From the NCBI GenBank assembly GCA_041484665.1, contig JBGPIA010000001.1, forward strand, positions 672,001 to 736,000: 64,000 nt of DNA, in the 5' to 3' direction. Under the pieces are notes generated by a model. The model was not told the DNA's origin. It made no database searches and saw only the letters and a program-made list of their open reading frames with translations. Source of the DNA: Candidatus Krumholzibacteriia bacterium (GTDB taxonomy: Bacteria; Krumholzibacteriota; Krumholzibacteriia; JAJRXK01). Numbering within the stretch: position 1 is the stretch's first letter; every line of letters begins with the position of its first letter. This document shows, one piece after another, positions 30,802 through 41,800 of the stretch. The position numbers and the translations under genes were made by a program.

Positions 30802-31151
30802 GGTGCGACCGTACACCACCGCTCGCACGCGGGCAAAGGCCGCGACGTCGGCGCCCGGCAAGCGGCTGGGCAGTGTCGCACGCGGCCTGCCGCACGGCAG
30901 GGGCGCGTCCCCGCGCGACTATCCGCTGCCAACTCATTGCGGGGCTTCATCTTAAGACTGTTCCGCCAAACCGCTTCCGGGTCGGGGCGCACGCACGTGC
31001 CGTTCACCTGTCGCGCGGCGGCCCCCGGGCGTGGACCGCGCGCGCGCGTTGCCTATACTGATGCAGATGTCCCCAACCAGAGCCTGGCGACTGCATCCGG
31101 CAAGCTGGGCGCAACGGGCCGATCTCGGCGAAGAAAGCGAGCCCCAGTCTC

Positions 31152-33422
31152 ATGGACCGCGAGCAGATCCAGGCCATCCGCACCCTTTACGAGAGCCTGC
31201 CCCGGCTGCACGAGGAGGGTCGCAAGGTCTTCGGACGGCCGCTGACGTTGGCCGAGAAGATCCTCTACAGCCATCTCTACGACCGCTCGTCGGCGCCGCA
31301 GCGCGGCAAGACGGTGGCCGACCTGCGTCCCGATCGGGTCACGATGCAGGACGCCACCGCCCAGATGGCCCTCTTGCAGTTTGCCAGTGCGGGCAAGAAC
31401 CGCGTCGCGCTGGCGACGACCGTGCACTGCGACCACCTGATCCGCGCACGGGTAGGTGCCGGCGCCGACCTCGACGTCGCCAATAATGAGAACCGCGAGG
31501 TCTACGAGTTCCTGCGCACGGTTTCGGCCAAGTACGGCATCGGCTTCTGGCAGCCCGGCGCCGGGATCATCCATCAGGTCGTGCTGGAGAACTATGCGGC
31601 GCCGGGCCTGCTCGTGATCGGCACCGACAGCCACACGCCCAACGGCGGCGGATTGGGCATGCTGGCGATCGGCGTGGGCGGGGCCGACGCGGTCGACGCG
31701 ATGGTCGGCTTCCCGTGGCAGGTGGTGTGGCCGAAGCTGGTCGGTGTGCGGCTGACGGGCGCGCTGAGCGGCTGGACCTCCCCCAAGGACGTCATCCTCA
31801 AGCTCGCCGGGCTGCTCACCGTCAAGGGCGGCACCGGGAGGATCATCGAGTACTTCGGGCCGGGTTGTGCCAACATCTCCTGCACGGGCAAGGCCACCAT
31901 CTGCAACATGGGCGCCGAGCTGGGCGCCACCACCAGCGTGTTCCCCTTCGACGAGCGGATGGCCACCTATCTGCGCGCCACCGAGCGCGGTGAGATCGCG
32001 GGGCTGGCCGAGCAGCACGCCGCAGAGTTGCAGGCCGATCCGGTCGCCGTGGACAACGCCGAGCACTTCTACGACGAGATCGTCGACATCGACCTCAGCG
32101 CGCTGGAGCCGCACGTCGTGGGGCCACACACGCCCGACCTGGCGCGCCCGATCGGCGAGCTGGCCAAGGCCGTGCGCGAGCACGGTTACCCCGACCAGCT
32201 CTCGGCGGCGCTGGTGGGCAGCTGCACCAACAGCAGCTACGAGGACATCGGCCGTTCGGCGCACGTGGCGCGGCAGGCGGCCAAGCAAGGGTTGCGCGCA
32301 GCCACGAGCTTCCTGGTGACGCCGGGCAGCGAGCAGATCCGCGCGACGATCGAGCGCGACGGGCAGCTCGCGGCGCTGACGGCGATCGGGGGGCTGGTGC
32401 TGGCCAACGCTTGCGGCCCGTGCATCGGGCAATGGCAGCGCGACGACATGCCCAAGGGCACGAAGAACTCCATCCTCACCAGCTACAACCGCAACTTCCC
32501 GCGGCGCAACGACGGCAACGCCGAGACGCTGGCTTTCATCGGCAGCCCGGAGATTGTTACCGCGCTGGCGCTGGCCGGCCGCCTGAGCTTCAACCCGCTC
32601 ACCGATACGCTCACCACACCCGACGGACGCAAGGTCAAGCTCGAGCCGCCCAGCGGTGAGGAGCTTCCCGCGCAGGGCTTCGTCCGCGGCGACAGCGGCT
32701 ACATCCCGCCGGTGGCCGACGGTGGCAGGATCCCGGTCGCGGTCGACCCCAAGAGCGAGCGGCTGCAGTTGCTGCGGCCGTTTGCGCCGTGGGACGGCAA
32801 GGATTTCGTCGACTGCGCCGTCTTGCTGAAGGCCAAGGGCAAGTGCACGACCGACCACATCAGCCCGGCCGGGCCATGGCTGCGCTTCCGCGGGCACCTG
32901 GACAACATCAGCGACAACCTGTTCAGCGGCGCGGTGAACGCGTTCCGTGCCGAGACCGGCAATGGCAAGAACCAGCTCGACGGCACCATCGCCGAGTTCA
33001 GCAAGATCGCCCGCGCGTACAAGAAGGCCGGACGGGGCTGGGTGGCGATCGGCGATGAGAACTACGGCGAGGGCAGTAGCCGCGAGCACGCCGCCATGGA
33101 GCCGCGCCACCTGGGCGGCAAGGCGATTATCGTACGCAGCTTTGCGCGCATCCACGAGACCAACCTCAAGAAGCAGGGCATGCTGCCCCTGTGGTTCGTC
33201 AACGCGGTCGACTACGACAACATCTGCGAGGACGATCGCGTGAGTATCCTGGAGCTGGCCAAGCTCGCCCCCGGCCGCAACGTGCCCATGGTCATCCAGC
33301 ACAGCGACGGGAAAGACGAGCGCCTCGAGCTCCGCCACTCCATGACCGCTGAGGAGATCGAGTGGTTCAAGGCCGGGTCAGCGCTCAATGTGATCCGGCG
33401 CAAGGAGGGCGCAGGGGCCTAG
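31152..33422 (+). CDS. acnA: Aconitate hydratase (mitochondrial-type AcnA family)
   Basis: [40 protein letters not shown] and GSSREHA. Confidence 0.96.
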   Translation: MDREQIQAIRTLYESLPRLHEEGRKVFGRPLTLAEKILYSHLYDRSSAPQRGKTVADLRPDRVTMQDATAQMALLQFASAGKNRVALATTVHCDHLIRARVGAGADLDVANNENREVYEFLRTVSAKYGIGFWQPGAGIIHQVVLENYAAPGLLVIGTDSHTPNGGGLGMLAIGVGGADAVDAMVGFPWQVVWPKLVGVRLTGALSGWTSPKDVILKLAGLLTVKGGTGRIIEYFGPGCANISCTGKATICNMGAELGATTSVFPFDERMATYLRATERGEIAGLAEQHAAELQADPVAVDNAEHFYDEIVDIDLSALEPHVVGPHTPDLARPIGELAKAVREHGYPDQLSAALVGSCTNSSYEDIGRSAHVARQAAKQGLRAATSFLVTPGSEQIRATIERDGQLAALTAIGGLVLANACGPCIGQWQRDDMPKGTKNSILTSYNRNFPRRNDGNAETLAFIGSPEIVTALALAGRLSFNPLTDTLTTPDGRKVKLEPPSGEELPAQGFVRGDSGYIPPVADGGRIPVAVDPKSERLQLLRPFAPWDGKDFVDCAVLLKAKGKCTTDHISPAGPWLRFRGHLDNISDNLFSGAVNAFRAETGNGKNQLDGTIAEFSKIARAYKKAGRGWVAIGDENYGEGSSREHAAMEPRHLGGKAIIVRSFARIHETNLKKQGMLPLWFVNAVDYDNICEDDRVSILELAKLAPGRNVPMVIQHSDGKDERLELRHSMTAEEIEWFKAGSALNVIRRKEGAGA

Positions 33423-33524
33423 CCGCTGTGCCGTTCTCGCGCGGTCTCCCCCCAAGGCGTTGGCCTGGGCGGGCCCCACGAGAGTGAGCGAGGATGTGCC
33501 CCCGGGAGTGTTGAGGCGGGACGC

Positions 33525-33551
33525 GGAAGCCGGCCTGCACGGCCGGCTTCC
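33525..33551. terminator. Perfect 11-bp hairpin between convergent genes
   Basis: GGAAGCCGGCC-TGCAC-GGCCGGCTTCC. Confidence 0.5.
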
Positions 33552-33692
33552 CGTACGGAGTTCGTTCCGCACACTGTCGGCACGAGCCGGCGCGGTGCCG
33601 GCGTGGTGCCAGCGCTCGCGGGTGCCGTAGCCCGCGGGTGCCGCGTGCGCGCCAGCCGGGCGGCCCGGTCGTCCGATGGCGGGATCGCCGTC

Positions 33693-34265
33693 TCAGTCGC
33701 GATACAGCGCCTTCACGGCGCCCCAGTTCTGATGCCCCAACGGCACGGTCCCCTCACACTGCGTGAACTGGACGTTGTCGTACCCCGCGAACCAGCCGTT
33801 GTTTCCGGCGTCCACCTGCAGACATAGCGCGATGGTATAGGTGCCGGGTGTTACGAGATTGAAGCACAGGGTCGTCCAGGGCTGGACATCCGCGGGTGGG
33901 GAGACGAAGGCCAGCTCGCCGTTGAAGTAGATCTTCGCGCGGCCGGTGAGCTGGCTGGCGTCGATCGTGGCGTGCTCGTAATCCAGGCTGAGTGCGCAGC
34001 CGAGAGGGTCGGCACAGACGAAGGTCTGGCTGATGCAGCCTTCGCCCTCCGAGTTACCGAAGGGCGATTGGATGCGACCGTAGTAAGCGGGATTGCCACC
34101 CGCCTGGGGAAATTGCGCTGACCAGCCCAACGGCACGGAGGCGCTCCAGCCGGTCGGGCCGGCCGAGAAGTCGCCGTTGACGATCTGGGCGCTGCAGGGC
34201 ACGGCCGCCAGCGCCGCCAGCAGCAATGCCGAAAACGCAATCGCAACAGTCACCTTGGGACGCAT
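33693..34265 (-). CDS. Small secreted protein with C-terminal WGAVKALYRD tail (paralog 1)
   Basis: AGGAGG RBS and signal peptide. 'QIVNGDF..G.TGW...YDNV' jelly-roll/CBM-like pattern. Confidence 0.85.
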   Translation of the reverse strand: MRPKVTVAIAFSALLLAALAAVPCSAQIVNGDFSAGPTGWSASVPLGWSAQFPQAGGNPAYYGRIQSPFGNSEGEGCISQTFVCADPLGCALSLDYEHATIDASQLTGRAKIYFNGELAFVSPPADVQPWTTLCFNLVTPGTYTIALCLQVDAGNNGWFAGYDNVQFTQCEGTVPLGHQNWGAVKALYRD

Positions 34266-34576
34266 GGATTCCTCCTGCGATGTGGGGACATTAGTGCTCC
34301 GGCAGTCGAGCTTCGTGCAACCTCGGCCCATGGCAAGCGTGCGCCGGATCGGGCGTCGGCACCCCCGTCGGGCAGAGAAAAGGGCATCCGAATCGAGCGC
34401 AGGACCCAAGGGTACCACATCTGGCGGGTGGCGTGGCGCCAGCGGCGGGGCGGAGGCCGGCGGGATTCTGCCGCCCGGCCCGGCCGATCCCGGGCGGGCC
34501 GACAACGGAGCGCCCGAGGCCCGCGCCCGCGCCCGCGCGCTCCAGCAGCCGCTCCGCCTCACGCAGAAGCGCCCGC

Positions 34577-35152
34577 TCAGTCGCGATAGAGCGACTTGAC
34601 GGTGCCCCAGTCCGTCCGGCTCGCGGGTGTCGTCCCCTGGCACTGGGTGAACCCGACGTTGTCGAAGCACGCCTCCCAGGCATTGTTGCCGGCATCGATC
34701 CCCAGGCAGAGGCCGATGGTGTACGTGCCGGGACGCGTGAGGTTGAAGCACTCCGTCGCCCAATCCAAGACATCGGTCGCGGGCGAGATCAACGCAAGCT
34801 CGCCGTTGAAATAGACCTTCACCCGGCCGGAGAACGGGCTGGCGTCGAGGCTCTGGAGCTTGTAGTCCACGCTCAGCGAGCAGCCGTTGGGATCGGTACA
34901 CGCAAACGTCTGGCTGATGCAGCCTTCGCCCTGCGAGTCCCCAAATGGCGAGAAAACGCGCGCGTACCGGCCGGGGTTGCCTCCCGAAGCAGGAAAGCTC
35001 GCCGGCGACCAGGTGGGAGGTGAGCTGAGGGTCCAGCCGGTCCCGCCGCTCGCGAAGCCGCCGTTGACGATTTGGGCGCCGCTGGAAGTGGCCGCGACCG
35101 CCACGAGCAGCGGCGCGAGGACCATGATGATGGGCATTGCTGTGGGCCGCAT
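34577..35152 (-). CDS. Small secreted protein with C-terminal WGTVKSLYRD tail (paralog 2)
   Basis: AGGAGG RBS and signal peptide. Colinear with paralog 1 (GGNP, SPFG.S.GEGCISQTF.C.DP.GC, DAGNN). Confidence 0.85.
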   Translation of the reverse strand: MRPTAMPIIMVLAPLLVAVAATSSGAQIVNGGFASGGTGWTLSSPPTWSPASFPASGGNPGRYARVFSPFGDSQGEGCISQTFACTDPNGCSLSVDYKLQSLDASPFSGRVKVYFNGELALISPATDVLDWATECFNLTRPGTYTIGLCLGIDAGNNAWEACFDNVGFTQCQGTTPASRTDWGTVKSLYRD

Positions 35153-35253
35153 GGACTCCTCCTGCATCGAGCGCGGGCTTCGAATCTACCACATCCAGCG
35201 CAACGCGTGACACCGCACGCGGCCCAGCGCACGCGGCCCACGACGGCAACGCG

Positions 35254-35970
35254 TTAGCCAGCGCCCGGCCCGTCCGGCAGGGATGGCCGCTGCACGCCCG
35301 CAGGCTCGCGGCGCGCCAGCCCGCCCAGATTGCGCGCGGTCCGCACGATCAGCAGGGTGAGCATGGCCATCGCGGCGAGCAGCCCGCCCAGATCGAAGAC
35401 CGTCGCCCCCACGCCGAGCACCCGGAACGGCAGCGGGCCCACCACAAGCGCGAGCGTGTTGAGCGCGATCAGGATCAGGCGCACCTCGGTCGGCCCGATG
35501 CGACCGTAGGTGTACTTGAACCTCCCGAACACGATCGTCTCCAGGTACACGTTGATCGAAACCAGCAGGTACGCGATCACAACCACCAGGCCGACCGACA
35601 GCAGCATGTACGGAGACCAGCCCAGACCCAGCCCGATCATCATCGTCGCATACGCGTCCACGACGTGGTCGAGGTAGAAGCCGTAGTTGGGCCGCTCGAT
35701 CCGCCGCACGCGCGCCAGCGTCCCGTCGAGGCTGTCCCCGCACCAATGGACCACCAAGAGCGTGCTGGCCAGCCACAGCCAGGCTGGATGTCGATTGGAG
35801 AGGACATACGACAGCGCGATCCCCGTCGCCGCCAGCATGCCCAGCGCGGTGAGGTGGTCGGGCATGACCCAGGCCGGGAGCCCTGCCGCCAGACGCGGCA
35901 GGGCCCAGCGCTCGAAGCGCGCCAACGGCGAGCGTGCTTGCCGCTGGGCCTCTGCGGGTTGCTCGCGCAC
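35254..35970 (-). CDS. CDP-alcohol phosphatidyltransferase family protein
   Basis: 'DSLDGTLAR...GFYLDHVVD' signature, 'PDHLT' and 'GPTEVR'. GTG start inferred. Confidence 0.88.
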   Translation of the reverse strand: MREQPAEAQRQARSPLARFERWALPRLAAGLPAWVMPDHLTALGMLAATGIALSYVLSNRHPAWLWLASTLLVVHWCGDSLDGTLARVRRIERPNYGFYLDHVVDAYATMMIGLGLGWSPYMLLSVGLVVVIAYLLVSINVYLETIVFGRFKYTYGRIGPTEVRLILIALNTLALVVGPLPFRVLGVGATVFDLGGLLAAMAMLTLLIVRTARNLGGLARREPAGVQRPSLPDGPGAG

Positions 35971-36022
35971 GCTAGGGTCCCGGAGTTGGTCCTGCGATCC
36001 GAGGACGCCCCTGCACGGGTAC

Positions 36023-36820
36023 CTACGGCTTCGCTGGTGGTATCGGATCCGGGACAGCGTTGTGGATCGCCGGGATCGACTGCAGGTACGCGAAGATCGC
36101 TCCGAGATCCTCATCCTTCGCAAGGCCGAAGTCCTGCCACGGCATGGGCGGAAGGATGGGCCTGCCCTCTCCCATGTGCTTCCCCGTCCGCATGGCCTTC
36201 AGGAACATGTCCAGCTTCCAGCTTCCGATCCCGGTATCCAGATCGGGCGTGAGGTTGATCGCAAAGCTCACACCCCATGGCCCGGCCCACATGGAAAGAT
36301 CGCCGTTGGTGAGAGCAATCCATCCCTGCGGGCTCAGCACGCCCGCGGGCACGGCGGGGACGGGGTTACCCTGCGGCTGCCCGGAGAGCTGGCGCGTCAT
36401 GTCGGGCTCGGGTCCATTGGGTCCGAGCTTCTTGGGCGTGTGGCAATCGTGGCACCCTATGATGTTCGTCAGGTAGCGCCCCCGCTCGATCCTCGCGTGG
36501 TCGGACGCGCTGGTGGCCCCGCCCTTCTTGGTCAGAGCAGCGCCCTTCGTTGTCGTCGCGGCACCCTTCTCTGCCGCGGCGGCGCCCTTCCCCGCGGCAG
36601 CGGGGCTCGCCGGGCGGGGCCCCTGGGCGGCTTTCTTGGGACTCGCGGGCGCTTGTGCGAAGGTGGTGCTGGCCAGCGCGAGCGCGGCAACGCAGGCGGT
36701 CAACCACACGGCCAGCGGCCGTGCGTTGCGTCCCAGTGGGTTGCGTCGTGATGGCTGCGCGACGAAACGTCGCGGTGGGCGGACGGAAAACGGCCTCTGG
36801 ATGGACTTGCTGCTGGACAT
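36023..36820 (-). CDS. Exported c-type cytochrome
   Basis: 'RGRYL..GCHDCHTP', 'GPWGVSFAINLTPD..TGIG.W' and 'PPMPW'. Ala/Lys-rich linker; GGAGG RBS. Confidence 0.88.
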   Translation of the reverse strand: MSSSKSIQRPFSVRPPRRFVAQPSRRNPLGRNARPLAVWLTACVAALALASTTFAQAPASPKKAAQGPRPASPAAAGKGAAAAEKGAATTTKGAALTKKGGATSASDHARIERGRYLTNIIGCHDCHTPKKLGPNGPEPDMTRQLSGQPQGNPVPAVPAGVLSPQGWIALTNGDLSMWAGPWGVSFAINLTPDLDTGIGSWKLDMFLKAMRTGKHMGEGRPILPPMPWQDFGLAKDEDLGAIFAYLQSIPAIHNAVPDPIPPAKP

Positions 36821-36971
36821 GAGGACCTCCTTGGAACGCAGCATGCGATAGGGCACACTAGCATGCCGAGGCCCGTGCGTCCGTGCAAGAGCACAGGTGT
36901 GATCGCTCCACTGCCGTGCAGCGGGCAACTGCGGATCCCAGGAGTCGCTGCAAGGGCCCGCTGCGCGCCCG

Positions 36972-38021
36972 CTACGGCTGGAGGCCGTCAGCGTTCTGGA
37001 GCTGCACGTCGAATGCGGTCTCATGCACCGCCGTGCCGGCGGCCGACGCGGAGCCGCTCCACAGCAGCACACGGTAGGAGCCCGGGGCGAACGGTGCGGA
37101 CGCCTGCAGGAGCACCAGGAGCGTGCTGCGTTGGAGCTCGGGCGGCGAGATCACGATCCGGGCCACCACCCCGTCGTCCGGGCCGCGCACCTCCACTGCG
37201 GCCGGGCGCCCGCGGTCGAGCTCCGGGGGTACCGCGAGCGTGAGGGTCAGCGCGCGTGCCTCCGCCGCCAGAATCGCGCGGGTGCCGGCCCCACGCACGC
37301 TGGAAGGCGCAACCCAGGGGACCACGAGCCCCTGCACCTCCGAGCTGGCGGCCCCTGCTGCGCCCGCCGCCCGGGACGCGCCGCCGGAAGTGCCGGGGCT
37401 GCCGGAAGTGACCGTCCCGGCACCCGTGGCCGCGGGAGGCACGCCGTGGCCGACGATCCCGGTCCCGGTCGACGTCGACATCAGAGTGGGCCACAGCACC
37501 AGCAACGCGACGGTCGCCGTGGTGCACGCGCCAATCAATCCGCCCATCACCCACGGGATCCAGCCGCGCCGGGGGGCCGGCCCGCGCGGGAAGCCGAGCG
37601 GCGCTCGCCCGGGCACGCCTGCCTGCGCCGTCGCGCCCGCGGGTGCGAAGCCCGCCAGGGCCAGGTCGTCGCGGCAGTCCACGCAGCGCGCCACGTGCTG
37701 GAGCACGAGTTCGCGCTCCAATCCGCGCAGCGCCGGCTCGATGCGGTCCCAGCGCGCGATCAGCCCGGCCGGGACGTGGCCGGGCCGCTCGCGTGCCGCT
37801 CCCTCGGCCGCCCACAGCCCATCCCATTCCGACCGGCAGGGGTCGCACGATGACAGGTGTGTCGCGAGCCGCTGTCCGTCGGTTTCATCCAGCAGACCGA
37901 GTGCGCGGGCCAGCAGTCGGGACAGTGCCCAGGTGTGCTCTCCACCCGCTACACCACCTGCGCCGCCCTGCGCGCCGCTGCTCGCGCCACCGCTCGATTG
38001 CCCCCAGACGTGCTGATCCAT
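36972..38021 (-). CDS. Membrane-anchored anti-sigma factor with two HxxxCxxC motifs
   Basis: HLSSCDPC and HVARCVDC, one TM, a Gly/Ala/Ser/Thr linker and a small beta-rich C-terminal domain. Follows the ECF sigma gene. Confidence 0.75.
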   Translation of the reverse strand: MDQHVWGQSSGGASSGAQGGAGGVAGGEHTWALSRLLARALGLLDETDGQRLATHLSSCDPCRSEWDGLWAAEGAARERPGHVPAGLIARWDRIEPALRGLERELVLQHVARCVDCRDDLALAGFAPAGATAQAGVPGRAPLGFPRGPAPRRGWIPWVMGGLIGACTTATVALLVLWPTLMSTSTGTGIVGHGVPPAATGAGTVTSGSPGTSGGASRAAGAAGAASSEVQGLVVPWVAPSSVRGAGTRAILAAEARALTLTLAVPPELDRGRPAAVEVRGPDDGVVARIVISPPELQRSTLLVLLQASAPFAPGSYRVLLWSGSASAAGTAVHETAFDVQLQNADGLQP

Positions 38022-38077
38022 AGGTCCTCACCACCCTGCAAAGCGCGCTGGCGGCCGCGGCACGGCCGCGGCGCGCG

Positions 38078-38644
38078 CTAGGACTCGTTCCACTGCAGCA
38101 CGCGGCGTAGCTGTGGGTCCGCGGCCAGCTCCCGGCGCGGGACCTCCAGGCAACGCGACCAACGCTTGCGTACGGCCTCGTGGCTCATTCCCAACTCTCG
38201 TGCAACCTGGGCCCAATCATGCTCGGCGAAGTAGGCGCGGGCGAGCGCTTGGCAATCGCCCGCGCCGTGCCGCTGGAATAGCTCGAGCACGATCAGCTCC
38301 AGCCTGCGGTGCAGCTCGCCCACCAGATCGTCGTGAGGCGACCGCGGATCGGCGGCGTCGATTCCGTCTAGTCCCGCCGGCGCGAGCGTGCGGCGGGCGC
38401 GGATGCGGCGGCGGACGAAGTCGGTGTGCGTGCGCCGCGCGATCACCGTCATTAACCCTTCCAGATCGCGCGCGCTTTCACGCCGCACCGCGCGCAGGAG
38501 GTTTACGCAGGCTTCCTGCACCAGGTCGTCGAGCTCCTGGCGCTCCGTCCCGCTCACCTCCAGCTCGAGGCGTCGCCGCAGGAAGCGCCGCGCCGCGTTC
38601 CAGTCGATCTCGCGTTCGCCAGTATGGGCAGAGTCCGCAGGCAT
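38078..38644 (-). CDS. ECF sigma-70 factor
   Basis: Region 2 'DDLVQEA..LL', 'IARR..TDFVRR'. Region 4 'QVARELGMSHEAVRKRWSRC'. Confidence 0.85.
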   Translation of the reverse strand: MPADSAHTGEREIDWNAARRFLRRRLELEVSGTERQELDDLVQEACVNLLRAVRRESARDLEGLMTVIARRTHTDFVRRRIRARRTLAPAGLDGIDAADPRSPHDDLVGELHRRLELIVLELFQRHGAGDCQALARAYFAEHDWAQVARELGMSHEAVRKRWSRCLEVPRRELAADPQLRRVLQWNES

Positions 38645-38897
38645 AGCACGGCGCGACGCGCGGGGTTTCGCCCGACCGGGGCTCGGCCGGGGCAAGAGCA
38701 CGTCGAGCGCGCTGGGGAGTCTAGGGTTGGACACCAGGGCGAGCAACATCGGCGACGACGCAGCCTTCCATACGGGAGCGCGTTGCGGGATGCGAGAGTC
38801 CCGCGAATTCGCTGTCTAGGTCGCCCGCCACGCCGTCCTGTGACAGGTCGGAAGGCGTCGGCAGAGGGCGTCTCCCACGCGCGCGGCGGCTGCGGGA

Positions 38898-41800
38898 TTA
38901 TCGCCAGTCCCCGGCGGCGATGAACGACGCCCAGTAGAACGGGTGCGTGCTGAGCCCGGCGCGACGACGCTCCTCCAGCAGCTGGCGGCTCGCCTCGCGC
39001 ACGGCGGCGGCCGTGTCCAGGCCGCGGTCGAAGCGCTGCTCGTAGAGGTGGTTCATCCAGCTGCGCGCAGCGGCGTCCTCCACGGGCCAGAGGCTCAGCA
39101 CCAGTGAGCGTGCGCCGGCGATGCGGAAGGCGCGCTGCAGCCCCAGCACGCCTTCTCCAGCGCGCACGTCGCCCACGCCGGTGTCACATGCCGAGAGCAC
39201 CACCCACTGCGCCGCCCCCAGGTCGAGGGAAGCGATCTCCTCCGCGGTGAGGATCCCATCCTCGCCCGCGGGGTCGGCCGCAGCGCGGTGGTTCGCGCCC
39301 GCGAGCGCCAACCCGCTGGAGAGCAGCGGATTCTCGGGCGTGGGGGCGCCGGGCTCCCCAGTACTGTGCGACAACTCCCACGCGCCGGCGGCCGGGCGCA
39401 GGGCGGCCCCGGCGGCACACGCCCCCTGCAGGATGAACCCATGGGTCGCGATGTGCAGCACGCTCTGCCCGCCGGCGCTCCGCTTCAGCTTGCCCTCCGT
39501 GGCGTCGCGCCCCGTGACGATCTCGGCAGCCGCGCGGGGGAAGCGGCGGCGATAGATCCCGGCCACCTCGCGTGCCTCGTCCTTGGCCCGCGGAAGGGCG
39601 AGGAAGCGCAGCCGGGCCAGCTCCTCGCACGACGAGCGCTGGCCGCGGAATGCGACCACCGCAGGTTGCTCGGCGACGGACGCAGGCGGCGCGGCACGCG
39701 GGTCCATGTCGAAATCGGGACCTCCAACGGCGAGCATGCGCGGGGGCGAGGCCATGGAGGGCAGCAAGGGTGGCCCCGCGATCAGATCGCGCTCTGCCGT
39801 GAGCACGTGGAGCGTCGGGCCGTCCTCGAGCAGATAGCGGCCGTCCGGCGCAGGAAGCGCCGCGAAGGCGACCAGGTGCAGCGATCCCTCGGCGACGACG
39901 AACACGCGCTGCGCGTCCCCCAGCTGCGCCGCGAGCGGATCCCACACGGCCGCGCGCAGTCGCTCGCCGGCTGCACGGCAGGCCGCCTCGGCCTGCTCCG
40001 CAAATGGGCCTGCCGGAGCCACGCCCTCGGCGATGGTCTGGCGCCAGCGCAGCACGAGCGAGTCCACCGCGCCCACGGATGCGAGCGCGACGATGGCTGG
40101 CTCGGGCGACCCCGCGCGAGCGACCAGGGCGCAGTACCCCGGCTGCTTGCTCCCGTCGTGCACGGACGCGTAGGCCACGAGCGCCGAGCGCTCCGGCAGC
40201 GCCCGCACGGCCGCGTCGTAGCCGACGCTGTCCTGGGCCGCCTGGCGGCCCAGTGACGAGGCGCGCGACGCGACCGCCCGCTCGAGCTCCTCCCGCTTGG
40301 CGCGCGCCTGCGCCACGCGCTGCGCGTAACGCTCGCCGTCATCGCCGGGCCCGCGCACGACGAGGTTGGCCAGCCGCGCCCGAGCGGACTGCAGCCTGGA
40401 CAGCAACGATGTCGTCTCGCTGTCGGCCGCCGCCGAAGCGAGGCTTCGCCGCGCTGCCAACTCATCTTGCACGAGCGCCCGCGAGCGCAGCGCCGCGTCC
40501 CAGGCCGCGCGCACGTGCGACGGCGCCGGATCGCGCAGCGCCGCTGCCAGCGCCACGTCGACCCCGGTGGCACGCACTGCCGCGTAGCGCAGCGCCTGTC
40601 GCTCGGAGAGCCCGCGCGCGAGCAGCCGCAGGTGGTCGCGCCCGATTTGCTCGGCGCGGACTGCCGCCTTCAGCGACGCCTCCAGGTCGCCGCGCTCCAG
40701 CTGCACGAGGGCGAGATCGCGCAGCAAGGCGCCGACGTCGGGATGATCGGGTCCCAGCGCAGCCTCGTCGATGGCCTCGGCCTGCTGCAGTTTGGCCAAC
40801 GCCTCCTCGCGCTGCCCCTGCGCCGCGAGCAGATTGCCGAGGTTGTGCAGGCCGCGCGCGTACTCAGGGTGCCGAGGGCCGAGCGTCTGCTCGTCGATGG
40901 CGAGTGCGCGCTCCAGCGCGGTCCGCGCCGGCTGCAGCTCTCCCAGCCCGAAGAGCAGCTTGGCGTAGTCGTTGAGCCCCTGGGCCAGGTCGGGGTGCTG
41001 GGGACCCTTGCCCTTCTCCACGAGGGCCAGGCCGCGCTCGAACTGCTCCCGGGCTCGCGCATGCTCGCCCATAGCCTGCAGCGTGCTGCCCATGTTGACC
41101 AGCGTCACCCCGACATCGGGGTCATCAGGACCCCGCAGCTTGGTGCGGATCTCCACCGCCCGCTCGAACTGCGCGAGCGCTTCCTGGAACTCACCGGTGA
41201 GGTACATCACGCCGGCGATATTGTTGTGGTCGTCGGCGACGTAGAAATGCTGCGCGCCGTAGGTCTTCTCGTCGATGGCCAACACGCGCTCGAGCAGGTG
41301 GCGCGCCTCTGCGTACTCGCCCGCCGAACGCTCGACATTGGCGAGATTGAACAACGTGGCTCCGACGTTGGGGTGATCGGGGCCGAGGATCTTCTCGTCG
41401 ATGGCCAGCGAGCGCTTCAGCATCGCCCGTGCCCGCTCGTAGTCGCCCAGGCGCGTCAGTACGTCGCCCAGGCTGTTGAGCGCAGCCGACGTGATGGTGC
41501 TCTGTGGCCCGTATGCCGTCTCGCAGAGAGCCAGCGCGCGCCCGTAGTCCCCCTGACTGGCCTCCAGCTCGCCGCGAGCGAGGTGGACGTGGCCGAGCAC
41601 CATCACGGTTGCCTCGACCAGGGGAGATTGCGGCCCGAGCGCCGCCTCGCGGGTCCGCAGCGCCTTCGTGGCGAGATCGAGCGCGACATCCAGATCGCGG
41701 CCCATCAGGCGCAGCAGGTCGGCCAGGTCGGTCTGGGCGGCTGCGACCGCAGGATGGTCCTCTCCGTGGGCCTTCGTGCGGATCTGCAGCTCGCGCTCGA

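Noticed and set aside
31060..31151. Possible riboswitch or IRE-like element before aconitase (GATGCAG...CTGCATC)
   Set aside because: It matches no riboswitch consensus I recognise, and the first arm abuts a likely -10 box (TATACT 31054-31059). An Rfam search would settle it.
31053..33338. 761-aa antisense ORF, and similar long ones at 40467-42860, 54637-57177, 61126-62979, 14596-16104 and 8462-9958
   Set aside because: These are shadows of well-supported genes on the opposite strand, expected at high GC, and show no motifs.
34313..34347. Sigma54-like sequences upstream of paralog 1
   Set aside because: The GG-to-GC spacing is 9 nt rather than the required 10.
33693..35249. 518-aa ORF appearing to span both secreted paralogs
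   Set aside because: The upstream part is an off-frame reading of paralog 2. The real start is the RBS-supported ATG at 34265.
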